From the NCBI GenBank assembly GCA_963702005.1, contig OY969696.1:1152001-1216000 (forward strand): a stretch of DNA of 64,000 nucleotides, in the 5' to 3' direction. Under the pieces are notes generated by a model. That model saw only the letters and a program-made list of their open reading frames with translations. It searched no databases and had not been told where the DNA came from. A program made the position numbers and the translations under genes. Positions 19,888 through 30,000 of this stretch are shown here, in pieces (positions within the stretch are counted from its first letter, which is position 1; the number at the start of each line of letters is the position of its first letter). The stretch is from Candidatus Aminicenantes bacterium (lineage in GTDB: Bacteria > Acidobacteriota > Aminicenantia > Aminicenantales > JAFGBC01).

Positions 19888-21297
19888 ATGCTTAAAGACA
19901 TCATTAAAAAGGAAATCGTGGAGACGATCACCAGCCCGAAATTCGTCTTCACCTTCCTGCTTTGCGCGGTCCTGATCCTCCTTTCGGTCTATACAGGCGT
20001 CGCCACATATCGCGCCGAGCTTAAGGAGTATGGCGCGGCGGTGGCCCTCAACAAGAAGAACCTCGAGAGCCAGCCCAGCTTCGCCGCCCTGGCCGGGCTG
20101 GGAACGAAGATTAGCCGGCCGCCCCAGGTCCTGAGCGCGATCGCCTCGGGCATCGACGAGGCGGTGGGCCGGGTGGCCACGGTCAACATCGCCTACGACC
20201 CGAACCTGGTCGATTCCAAGTACGAGAGCAACCCCGTCTTTTCCGTTTTCGGGGCCCTCGACCTGACCTTCATCGTCAAGATCGTCTTGAGCTTGTTCGC
20301 CATCCTCTTCACCTATGACGCCGTCGTCGGGGAAAAAGAGAATGGAACCCTCAAGCTGACCCTGTCCAACCGGGTCCCGCGCGACCGGCTCATCCTGGGC
20401 AAGGTCATCGGCGGCTACCTCAGCCTGCTCATCCCCCTCATCATCCCGCTCCTCCTGAGCTTGCTTTTCCTCCTGGTCATGCCGAACATCTCGCTGAACG
20501 GCGAGGCCTGGGGGCGGCTCTTGCTCATGTTTCTGATTTTCTTCCTCTATCTTTCGGTCTTCTTCACGCTCGGGCTGTTCGTCTCGGCCCGGACCAGCAA
20601 GAGCTCGACGAGCTTCCTCATCCTCCTCTTCATCTGGGTGACGTTCGTCACGGTCATCCCCAAGGTTTCGGTCCTGGCCGCCGCCCAGATCAAGCCCATC
20701 CCCTCGGTCCACGAGATCACGGCCCAGAAGGACGCGTTCCTCCAGCAGATCCAGGGCGGTTCTCAAAGAAAGATATTGGGCTGGATCAAGGAAAATTCGC
20801 CCAAGCCGGGCGAGGACCAGAAGGCCTTCCAGGAGAAGTTTCGCAAATGGCTCGAGGACTACCAGCAGGAGATGACGGCGAAGATCGACGAGAACAACGC
20901 CGCCCTGGAACGCGACTACCAGGTTAAGAAACGCGCCCAACAAAATCTGGCCATCAACCTGTCCCGCGTCTCGCCGGCCTCGGCTTTGACCTTCTCGACC
21001 ATGAGCCTGGCCCGGACCGGTCTCGACGAGTACGATCGGTTCCTGGCCTCGATCCGGACCTACAAGCCCATCTTCACCAAATGGGCCAACGCCAAGATGA
21101 TGCGGAACCTCAACATGCAGACGGGGGAGATGGGCGCCAAGGTCGTCCTGGACGATATGCCCCAGCACGCGTTCGTTCCGGAGACGCTCGGCAAATCGTT
21201 CGCCCGGACGCTCGCCGACATCGGCCTGATGCTCGTCCTGATCATCGTCTTTTTCACCGGGGCCTACGTCTCCTTCCTGAAGTACGACGTCCGCTGA
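19888..21297 (+). CDS. ABC-2 type transporter permease
   Basis: Multiple TM helices; YDAVVGEKENGTLKLTLSNRVPR..LGK motif. Confidence 0.9.
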   Translation: MLKDIIKKEIVETITSPKFVFTFLLCAVLILLSVYTGVATYRAELKEYGAAVALNKKNLESQPSFAALAGLGTKISRPPQVLSAIASGIDEAVGRVATVNIAYDPNLVDSKYESNPVFSVFGALDLTFIVKIVLSLFAILFTYDAVVGEKENGTLKLTLSNRVPRDRLILGKVIGGYLSLLIPLIIPLLLSLLFLLVMPNISLNGEAWGRLLLMFLIFFLYLSVFFTLGLFVSARTSKSSTSFLILLFIWVTFVTVIPKVSVLAAAQIKPIPSVHEITAQKDAFLQQIQGGSQRKILGWIKENSPKPGEDQKAFQEKFRKWLEDYQQEMTAKIDENNAALERDYQVKKRAQQNLAINLSRVSPASALTFSTMSLARTGLDEYDRFLASIRTYKPIFTKWANAKMMRNLNMQTGEMGAKVVLDDMPQHAFVPETLGKSFARTLADIGLMLVLIIVFFTGAYVSFLKYDVR

Positions 21298-21307
21298 GGA
21301 GAGAACC

Positions 21308-22018
21308 ATGATCGAAACCGTCAACCTGACCAAGCGCTACGAGGACGGCCAGTTGGCTCTCGACCATCTCAGCCTCAAGGTCGAGCCCGGCGAAATCTTC
21401 TGCATGTTCGGAGCCAACGGGGCCGGGAAGACCACGACCATCAACCTCCTCCTGAATTTCATCCCGCCGAGCGAGGGCACGGCGTTCATCGAGGGCATCG
21501 ACGTGACCAAGGAGCCCCTCCGCTCCAAGGACTATATATCCTTCGTTTCTGAGAATGTCATGCTCTACGGGAACTTCAGCGCTTACCAGAATCTCGACTA
21601 CTTCAGCAAGCTGGCCGGCAAGCGCGGCCTGACCAAGTCCGATTACGCCAAGGCCCTGCGGAGCGTCGGACTGCAGGATGACGCCTTCGAGGCCCGGGCC
21701 AAGACCTACTCCAAGGGCATGCGGCAGAAGCTCGGCCTGGCCATCGCCTTCATCAAGGACGCCCCCAACATCCTGCTCGATGAGCCGACCTCGGGACTCG
21801 ACCCAAAATCGGGCCAGGAGTTCCTGACCCTGCTCACCGAGATGCGAAACAAAGGCAAGTCCGTCTTCATGTCGACGCACGATATCTTCCGGGCCAAGCT
21901 CATCGCCGACCGCGTCGGCTTCATGAAGAAAGGCCGGCTGGTGATGCTGAAAACGCGGCGGGAGCTCCAAGGCGAGGACTTGACCGAGCTCTATATCCAG
22001 TACATGGAAGAGCGCTGA
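21308..22018 (+). CDS. ABC transporter ATP-binding protein
   Basis: GANGAGKTT, YSKGMRQ, LLDEPTSGLDP, STHD. Confidence 0.95.
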   Translation: MIETVNLTKRYEDGQLALDHLSLKVEPGEIFCMFGANGAGKTTTINLLLNFIPPSEGTAFIEGIDVTKEPLRSKDYISFVSENVMLYGNFSAYQNLDYFSKLAGKRGLTKSDYAKALRSVGLQDDAFEARAKTYSKGMRQKLGLAIAFIKDAPNILLDEPTSGLDPKSGQEFLTLLTEMRNKGKSVFMSTHDIFRAKLIADRVGFMKKGRLVMLKTRRELQGEDLTELYIQYMEER

Positions 22019-22080
22019 CTGTCCGCGTTTGGGCAGCGAATGGGCGCCGTCCCTTCGGGAAATCAACGAATAATCTTAAT

Positions 22081-22109
22081 AATTAAGTCGTGTGTCCCCG
22101 AAATTATTT
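22081..22109 (-). repeat. REP-like repeat copy 2 (overlaps CDF stop codon)
   Basis: Minus strand AAATAATTTCGGGGACACACGACTTAATT. Confidence 0.8.
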
Positions 22110-23564
22110 TTCGGGGGGTTCGATGTGGATTAGGACCCGGCCGACGCGGGGAACGCCCGACTTCAGGGCGAGCTCGAAGCGCTCCGTCAACCGGTGGGCC
22201 GCGTTGAGGTCCATGGCCGGGTCGACCGAGCAGTGGAAGGTGACGGCCAGCTCGCCCGCGGCGTCCTCGACGTCGATTTCGTGGGGATCGCAACTGACCC
22301 CGGCCGCCTCCGCGATGTCCAGCACGATCTTCTGAATCAGACCCCGGTCCGCCTCCGCCTCTTCTTCCGTGACGGGGGCGTTCTCCGCCCGGACGGGCTC
22401 GAGGTGGGTCACGACGCTGTCCAGTCCCGGGACGATCTGGCGGAGAACTTCCTCGAATTCCGAGGCTCTGGCGTGGGCCTCGGCGACATCGCGGGCGCCG
22501 CGGATCTCGAGGTGGAGCTCGAGGCAGGGCCGGCCTTTCTTCTCGAAGAGGCAGATGTCGTGGGCGGCCAGGTTATGGCGGGCGGCCAAAGACCGGACAT
22601 CGGCCACGATGTCTTCGGCCTCCTCCCGGCTGGGCTCGACGTGGACGATGATGTCGGCGTTGGGACTGTTGAGGGCGCGGCGGACGGCGTCCCTGGCGTC
22701 GTTCGAGATATCGTGGGCGTGCTCGAAGGCCTCGTGGCGGCTGACGATGAGGACGACATCCACGAAGAAATCGGGCCCGGCCCGGCGGATGCGGGCGTTG
22801 CGGACCTCAAGGACGCCCGGGACGTGGGCGGCCCGGATCATGTCTTCGCGGAGATTGGCCGGGACGCCGTCCAGGAGGTCCGCGATCGTCTTCCTGCCGA
22901 GCGCCAGCGAGACATAGACGACGATACCCGAGACGCCCAGCGCGGCCACCGCGTCCGCCTTGACCAGCCAGGGGATGCCGGCGGCTTTGGAGATTCCGAC
23001 GAAGGCGAGGCCTCCGATGACGACGAGCGAGGACCAGATGTCGGTCGAAAAGTGCAAGGCGTCCGCCTCCAAAGCCTGGCTGTGATGTTTCTGGGCGGCC
23101 CGCTTTAGGATCCGCGAGCGCGAGAAGTCGATGACGATCGAAACGACCATGACCACGAAGGCCCAGGCCGACGCTTCGACCACCACGGAGTGGAAGAAGA
23201 GCCGGCGGACGGCCTCGTAAATGATCCAGACGCAGGTCAGGAGGAGAAGGGCCGTCTCGAACATGGCCGAGAGGTTTTCGACTTTGCCGTGACCGTAGGT
23301 GTGGGTCGGGTCGGCAGGGCGGCTCGAGACCCGGACGGCGATGAGGGTCATGGCGGCGGCGATCAGGTCGAGGCCGGAATGGGCCGCTTCGGCCAGTATG
23401 CCCAGGGAGCCGGTCAGGATCCCGACCACGATCTTCATTCCGGTCAGGAAGACGGCCGCGATGACGGAGCTCAGGGCCGCGGAAGTTTTTTCGCGCTTGG
23501 CTTCGGCCGAGTCCCCGCCGCGGGGAGTCTCCACCGTCTTGGAGAGGTCAAGATGTTCCGCCAT
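22104..23564 (-). CDS. Cation diffusion facilitator (FieF-like) with extended, repeated C-terminal dimerisation domains
   Basis: EAAHSGLD, HTYGHGKVE, ADALHFSTD; three HxEP-ending modules (VHVEP, THLEP, IHIEP). Confidence 0.9.
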   Translation of the reverse strand: MAEHLDLSKTVETPRGGDSAEAKREKTSAALSSVIAAVFLTGMKIVVGILTGSLGILAEAAHSGLDLIAAAMTLIAVRVSSRPADPTHTYGHGKVENLSAMFETALLLLTCVWIIYEAVRRLFFHSVVVEASAWAFVVMVVSIVIDFSRSRILKRAAQKHHSQALEADALHFSTDIWSSLVVIGGLAFVGISKAAGIPWLVKADAVAALGVSGIVVYVSLALGRKTIADLLDGVPANLREDMIRAAHVPGVLEVRNARIRRAGPDFFVDVVLIVSRHEAFEHAHDISNDARDAVRRALNSPNADIIVHVEPSREEAEDIVADVRSLAARHNLAAHDICLFEKKGRPCLELHLEIRGARDVAEAHARASEFEEVLRQIVPGLDSVVTHLEPVRAENAPVTEEEAEADRGLIQKIVLDIAEAAGVSCDPHEIDVEDAAGELAVTFHCSVDPAMDLNAAHRLTERFELALKSGVPRVGRVLIHIEPPEK

Positions 23565-23642
23565 GGGTCATCACGCGTCGCCGAATCAATTTAGCACAGA
23601 AATTTCCCCCTGTCGACTGACGGGCGTGGGCGGCGCGGACTC

Positions 23643-23735
23643 TCAGCTCTTCTTGGAAAAGTGGGCATAGAGGGCCAGGGTCAGGCCCGTCGACAGGATG
23701 AGGATGGCCAAGGGGACCAGGATGCTGATAAACAT
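23643..23735 (-). CDS. Small single-TM protein (30 aa), absent from the ORF track
   Basis: MFISILVPLAILILSTGLTLALYAHFSKKS; AAGGAG upstream; starts 2 nt after the previous stop. Confidence 0.65.
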   Translation of the reverse strand: MFISILVPLAILILSTGLTLALYAHFSKKS

Positions 23736-23737
23736 GG

Positions 23738-23869
23738 CTAATCCTTCTCCTTGCCTTTGGGTTCGCCCTTGCATTTCTTCCGGTAGGAGACGTAAGCCAG
23801 GATGAGGCCCAGGAACGAGCAGATATAAGCGATCGACATGCCGATGACGACGGCCAGGTTCTGTTTCAT
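23738..23869 (-). CDS. Small single-TM protein (43 aa), absent from the ORF track
   Basis: MKQNLAVVIGMSIAYICSFLGLILAYVSYRKKCKGEPKGKEKD; GGAGG RBS; starts 1 nt after the previous stop. Confidence 0.65.
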   Translation of the reverse strand: MKQNLAVVIGMSIAYICSFLGLILAYVSYRKKCKGEPKGKEKD

Positions 23870-23870
23870 A

Positions 23871-24161
23871 TCAGGCCTCCCAGCGCGCGATTTTTTCGAG
23901 GTCCTCGAGGTATTTCTTCTGCTTGTGCTCGTAGTCCGTGGAGATCGCCTTGAGCTTGGGGTCGATGACGCGGAACATGACGATGAGGAGGATGACGTCG
24001 ACGGCGAGCAAAACGAACCCGTACCAGCGGAGGAGAAGGATAAAAGCGGTGCTGAGAGCCGTCAGGAAATAGGTCAGGGGGGAGAGGATCCAGGTGATGA
24101 CGTCTTCCTTGGACCAGTTGTCCGCCTCGGCAGCCGTCCAGGTTCTTTTGATCCAGGCCAT
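23871..24161 (-). CDS. Small two-TM membrane protein (96 aa)
   Basis: GGAGGG RBS, two hydrophobic helices, host-like codon usage, 1 nt downstream of the SSS stop. Confidence 0.8.
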   Translation of the reverse strand: MAWIKRTWTAAEADNWSKEDVITWILSPLTYFLTALSTAFILLLRWYGFVLLAVDVILLIVMFRVIDPKLKAISTDYEHKQKKYLEDLEKIARWEA

Positions 24162-24162
24162 G

Positions 24163-25762
24163 TTACTTCCCTCCTTTCGGCGCGGCCGCTTCCGCGGGGA
24201 GCAGCCCTCTCCGGACCGCCTCGCGGTGGACCGGTTTCCACCAGCCGTAGGGGCGGCTCATGACGTAGTACTTGACGAGACGGTCCATGTCTTCGGGCTT
24301 GGTCAGGAAGGTGATCGGGAAATAGATCAGGGCGCCCAGGACCATCATGATCCAGAATTGGAGGTAGTCGGGCAGGACCGGGATGAGCTTATTCGCGGGC
24401 AGGACCCAGACGATGAGCCAGCTCAGCCCCAGGTTGGCGATCCAGGAGGAGAGGTACCCCCAGGCGTTGAAGCGCCACCAGACGACCTGGAGGATCGAGG
24501 GGAGCCAGATCCCGGCGGCCATGATCCACAGGGCGAAGATGAGCCACTGGGTGATCTGCTGCATCATCGAGCCGTAGATGAAGGACCCGACCAGAAGGAT
24601 CAGCGTCGAGATGCGCCCGACCCAGATGAGCTCCTTTTCGCCGGCCTTGGGGCGCATGTAATGATGGTAGAGGTCGCGCGTCGCGTAGGAGGCGCCCAGG
24701 TTGAGATGGGTTGCGATCGTCGAGATATGGATGGCGACGATGGCCGCGAAGAAGAAGCCCAGCATCCCGACCGGCAGGATCTGGAAGCCGTACTTGTACC
24801 AGGCCATCTCATACTCGGCCACGTTCTGGATCCCGGGGGTGAGGGAGAAAAAGGCCAGGATGGCGACGGCCCACAGCGAGTTCCTCGATGACGATGAGCC
24901 CGGTCCCGGCCCAGATCGAGTAGCTCGAGTCGCGGACGGTCTTGGCCGATTGGATCCGCTGGGCCTCGGGATACCAGTCGATGGCCGTTCCCATTCCAAA
25001 CCCGCCGATGACGGCGATGACGAGCATGGTCAGGAACCAGATGAGCGGGAAATCGCCCGAGGTGAATCCGGTGAAGGCGAAGGGGTTGAGCCGCCAACCC
25101 TGGCCCAGGGCATGGATCTTACCGATGATCGCCGAAGGGCCGCCGGCCGCGACGACCTGCCAGACTGAGACGATCAGGATGACCGAGAAGGCGATGACGC
25201 CCTGCTGGAAGTCGGCCATGATGACGCCCCAGTAGCCCGCGGCCAGGACATAGATCGCGCACAGCACGGAGAAGACGACCAGCCCGAGCCAGGTCGGCCA
25301 GTTGAAGAGGTAGTGGCAGACCTTGCCCATGGCGATCCCGACCCAGCCCAGGATGAACATGTTCATGAAGACCTGCCAGCCGGCGATCCAGCCCCGGAGG
25401 AGCTCGGCGCCCAGCCCCGAGAAGCGCAGCGTCTGCCATTCGGCGTGGGTGTAGGCGAGCGAGCGCCGGAAGATCCGCGTCGAGGCGAAGGCCGAGATGG
25501 CGCACCAGGCCGAAAAAAACGTGTACCAGATTCCGCGCAGGCCGTGCTGATAGATGACGCCGCTGACCCACATCGGCGTGTCGGTCGCGGTATGGGTCGC
25601 GTAAACGGACGAGGCGGGCAGCCACCAGGGGAGCCCGCGCCCGGCCAGGAAGAAGTCGGCCATCGAGCGTTTGCCCAGCTTGTAGAAGAGAATCCCGCAG
25701 CCGACCATGATGGCGACGTAGGCGACCAGCCAGAACCAATCTAAGAACTGGAAAGTGACCAT
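24163..25762 (-). pseudogene. Sodium:solute symporter (SSS family), frameshifted near 24886
   Basis: N-terminal part DFFLAGRGLPWW..ATDTP..DFQQG (25762-24887); C-terminal part RNSLWAV..LNLGASYATRDLY..WWRFNAWG in another frame. Removing one base gives a 532-aa ORF. Confidence 0.8.
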
Positions 25763-25794
25763 CAGTGACCTCTCTTCCTCGAACGGTCCCCCAA

Positions 25795-25824
25795 ACTATA
25801 TCAACGCCCTCGGAGCGCTGTCAA
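25795..25824 (-). promoter_or_regulatory. Putative sigma-70 promoter of the SSS operon
   Basis: Minus strand TTGACA-N18-TATAGT about 30 nt upstream of the ATG. Confidence 0.5.
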
Positions 25825-25933
25825 CCCCTCAATACCCAGCCATATGGCAGGGGTTATTCAGGGTGACACTGAGGCTCGGCGAATGTGTCAACCCGAAAAA
25901 GAGGCTCGGTCCGCGCTTCCCGGAAAGGTTTCG

Positions 25934-27088
25934 CTAATCTTTCGGCCGGCAGAGCAGGGCGGCGCCGACCAGGCCGGCCGCGTCCGAAGCCAGGAGTTCG
26001 CGGACCCCGGTCACCTCATCGGCGGCGACGGTCAGGAGAGGATGGCCCGACCGGTGGATCCAATCCTTCATGGTCGGCCAGGCGTGGTCCTTGGCGGGAC
26101 GGCTCATGAGCCAGCCGCCCAGGATGAAGACGCGAGTTCCCTTGACGTTCGCCCAGAACTCCGTTTCCAGCCCGGGAGGATCGTTGACGACGGCTTTACC
26201 CGAGCCGACCGGCGGGCCGCCTTCGAAGGTCAGGATCATCGCTTCGGCCAGGGCTTGTCCGGCCCGGCGATAGAGGCTGCGGGCTGCTTCACGGATAGGC
26301 GCCTCCCCGTGCTCGGCCAGTACGGCCAGCGCATCGCCGGTCAGTTCCTCCGGCCTAAAGCGGCGGCTCAAGACGTCGTCCCGGATCGCTTGGAGCCAGA
26401 GCCCCTCTCCGGTCGCCAGATCCTCGGGCGTCACGACGCCCGGCCGGATCCGGCCGTTTCCTTCTTCCAAAATAAGGTCGAAGAACTGCTGAGGACCGGG
26501 AACCGGGACGAGGCGGCCGCCTTCGACCCACAAGGCTCCCGCTCCGAATCCCGTCCCCGGGATGAAGCCGGCGATCCGGCCGCAATCCGCCAGCGCGTCC
26601 CGGACCTGCGGGAATTTGTCCCGCTGGGCGACGAGAGCATGGGCGATGGCCAGGACGTTGGCGACCCCGTCGTTGGCGACGACGGCCGTCCAGTCCTCCC
26701 CCATGAACCGGGGAAATTCTTCGGCCAGCCGGAAGCCTTCCAGGCCGGGCAGGTTGGGAACCGTTCCCTTGTAGGGAACGCCCTCCGCGAGCCAGGCGCC
26801 GGGGGCGCAGATCCCGACCGTCTTCAGAACCGCCTTCCGCTCCTTGATGGGAATGTCCCGGAAGATGTCCTTGAGCCCGCGGGCGGCCCTTTCCAGAGTC
26901 AGTTCGAGGTCGGTCACGTAGCCCTTGGGATGATCCGGAGCGGGTTTGGTCGGGTTGAGGAATTTTTTGCTCCGCTCGGGCAGGAGGAGCCTGGGAAGGC
27001 TATAAATTCCTTCTTCCTCGACACGGAAGTGGACCAGCCCTTTCCGGGTGTGAGTCGCGCCCAAGTCGACGGCAGGTATCGTCAACAT
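25934..27088 (-). CDS. Divergent ROK-family/ASKHA sugar kinase-like protein
   Basis: VDLGATH, GICAPG, VPNLPG, VANDG, PGTGFGAG, LGG, AGLVGAA. Confidence 0.7.
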   Translation of the reverse strand: MLTIPAVDLGATHTRKGLVHFRVEEEGIYSLPRLLLPERSKKFLNPTKPAPDHPKGYVTDLELTLERAARGLKDIFRDIPIKERKAVLKTVGICAPGAWLAEGVPYKGTVPNLPGLEGFRLAEEFPRFMGEDWTAVVANDGVANVLAIAHALVAQRDKFPQVRDALADCGRIAGFIPGTGFGAGALWVEGGRLVPVPGPQQFFDLILEEGNGRIRPGVVTPEDLATGEGLWLQAIRDDVLSRRFRPEELTGDALAVLAEHGEAPIREAARSLYRRAGQALAEAMILTFEGGPPVGSGKAVVNDPPGLETEFWANVKGTRVFILGGWLMSRPAKDHAWPTMKDWIHRSGHPLLTVAADEVTGVRELLASDAAGLVGAALLCRPKD

Positions 27089-30000
27089 TAGAAATAAACC
27101 TTGATGACGGCCAGGGCGTTCTTCCCGGTCCGCAGCCGGACCGTGTTCCCCTGGACCGGAATAGGCCGTCCATCTCCCTCCATGATGTCGGAGACGGCGG
27201 CCCGGCGGGGCGCCCGCGGAAGCGTGATAACGGCTTCGGATTCAACTCCTTTGGCGTCATACCATTGGAGGATCCAGGCGTCCGAGTCCTCGGCTTTCTT
27301 GATCGTGGTCAGGACGAGGTTGGCTGGTTCGATTTGAATGAAAGATTGGGCGGGGGGCAGGCTTCCTTTGCGGCCGTTCGTCCGGACGGTCAGCAGCGGA
27401 TAGTTGAATTCGTAGCCGCGCTCGACCGTCGCGGCCTGGGTCCAGGGTCCGGCGTGGGGGTAGAGCGCGTATTCGATCGAATGCTTGCCGCGGTCGGCGG
27501 TCGGGTCGGGCCAGATCGGGGAGCGGAGGAGAGAGAGCCGGATCGTCGACCCCTTGACGTCGTAGCCGTATTTCGAATTGTTGATGAGGCTCGCGCCGTA
27601 GTCCGGCCCGGACAGGTCCGCCCAGCGCAGGGCCGGCACCTCGACCTTGGCCTTGTCCCAGGACGTCGCCGTCCCCGTCGAGCGGCGGATCGAGCCGAAT
27701 GGAATCTCGAAGCTGGCCGCGTCGCTCGCGACGGCGAGGGGGAAGGCGACCTTGAGCATGGTCCGCTCCTCCCACCAGTCCACGTCCGTCCTGAAGTCGA
27801 TGCGGTCCAGGCCGGGATAGAGGATGATGTCTTGGGTCAGGAATGTCGACGGGAAGTCCTCGGTCGGAAAATCCTTCTTAACGCCGGGCTTCAGATAGTC
27901 CCGGGTCAGCCGGAGGACGATCCGGACCGGCCCCGGCTCGACGACCTCGGCCGTCCGGAAGGTCGAGGGGAATTCGACGCCGGTTAGGCCGACGTTCCAG
28001 GCGTCCCACTGGGCCGGCTTGTCCTCGAGGAGCTGGAGCCTGTTGGCCGGGCCGCTCAGGATTTCCCTGCCGTTCCGCTTGTCGATGATGCTCCGGATCC
28101 ATCCCGTGGCCGGATCGATCGAGACCTTGAATAATTCATTCTCGATCACGTCCTGCATGGCGCGCAGCGCCGGGCCCGATGCGGACGGCGCTTCGTTCTT
28201 GAGGACGTAGGTTTTATACCCCAGGCTCGGGACCTTGCCGGCGATGAACAGGATATCCCGGGCGTATCTGCCGGCCGTCACGATTTGGGAAGGGACCTCA
28301 TTCCCGGCAAGGTCGCAGATCCGGTGGGCTCCGTCCCCTTCGGGGAGGGCGGCCCGGACGAGATCGGTCCGCTCCCAGGAGAGAGGGTTGAAGACAAGGA
28401 GCGGCGTTCCGTCCTTGACGGACGATGTGTCGGCTTGCCCGGCGATGGCGTCGAGGGCCTTGCCGAGTTCGTGCTTCCCGATGGCTTGGGCGTCCCGGTA
28501 CTCCTCGGCCGAATCGAGATAGACCTCCCGGATGCCCGATCCGGGCAGGATGTCGTGGAATTGATTGAAGAGGACGGTCTTCCAGGCTTCTGCGAGGGCG
28601 GCGTTTCGCGGCTCGGCTCCGAGCGCCGTCGCCAATGTCGAGAACCTTTCAGCCTCGGTCAGCAGGACCTCGCTCGAGCGGTTGAAGGCCTTGTTTTTGG
28701 CTTGGGTCGTATAGGTCCCTTGGTGGTACTCGAGATAGAGCTCGTCCTTCCAGACCGGGAGCCCGGCCGTTCCCTGGGCTTTGATCCAGTCCAGATAGCG
28801 GCCGGCCGTCCCGTGCTCGATGGCCGGGTAGATGTCGAGGGACTTGAGGCGGTCGATCCGGGCCAGCATCTCGAGGGAAGGGCCCCCGCCGTGGTCGCCG
28901 ACCCCGAACAGGATCATCATCTTGGTCAGGCCCGTGTTGGCCTCGAACTGGCGCGTCCAATCCGCGAACCGCAACGGGTCTTCGACGGTGTCGACGTAGT
29001 CGAAGGGAAAATAGGTCAGGATCCGGGTTCCGTCCGGACCCTCCCACCAGAACAGCCGGTAGGGGAAGACGTTCGTCTCGTTCCAGCCGATCTTCTGGGT
29101 GATGAACGCCCCGATCCCGGCCCGGCCGTAGAGTTGGGGCATGTTCCAGTTGTAGCCGAAGGAGTCCGGGTTCCAGCCGATCGTGACGTCCGTCCCAAGC
29201 TTGGAGCGGAAATAGCGCTTTCCGTAGAGGAGGTGCCGCATCCAGGACTCGCCGCTCGGAAGGTTGCAGTCGGGTTCGACCCACATCCCGCCCACGATCT
29301 CCCAGCGGCCGTCCTTGACGCGCTCCCGGATGCCCTTGAAGATGTCGGGGTAGAGTCGTTCCATCCAGTCGTAGAGGGCGGCCTGGCTTTGGGTGTAGCT
29401 GAAGTCGGGGCGGACCGACATCATCCGGAGGACCGAGTCGAAGGTGTTATGAGCGACCTGGACGGTCTCCTTCGCCCGCCAGAGCCAGGCGGCGTCGATG
29501 TGGGCGTTGGCGTCGAAGTAGAGCGTGAAGCGCTTGGCGAAGGCGGCGATCGGCTTGAGCTTGGCGCGGACGCGCGCGACCGAGGCTTTGAACGCGGCCA
29601 GGTCGCCGGCCTCGAGGGCCGCGACGTCGACCTCGGCGGCCAGCTTCTGGAGGAGCGCGTCGAGCTTGATCTTTTCCGCCCGGGCCATTTTGGATTTATC
29701 GATGCCGGGGTCTACTCTTTTATTGGAGCTGGTCTGGTAGGTGTCGAAGCTCAGGAGCTTCTGGCCGACCCGGACGCTCAAGGCCAGGTCGAGGAGCGAT
29801 TGACGATCGTCTTGGGACACCTCCGGCTCGAGCGCGGCCCGGAGAAGCCGGAGCGGGCCGCCGGTATTGACGGCCTTGATGACGACGACGAAGCGGTCGC
29901 CCGGCTTGGCGTTGGGGGTCAGCTCGAAGGAAGCCTCCCAGGGAATGTGTCCCTTTTTCTCGCCGTTGACCCAAAGGTCGCCGTAGTCGTCGACGGCGAC

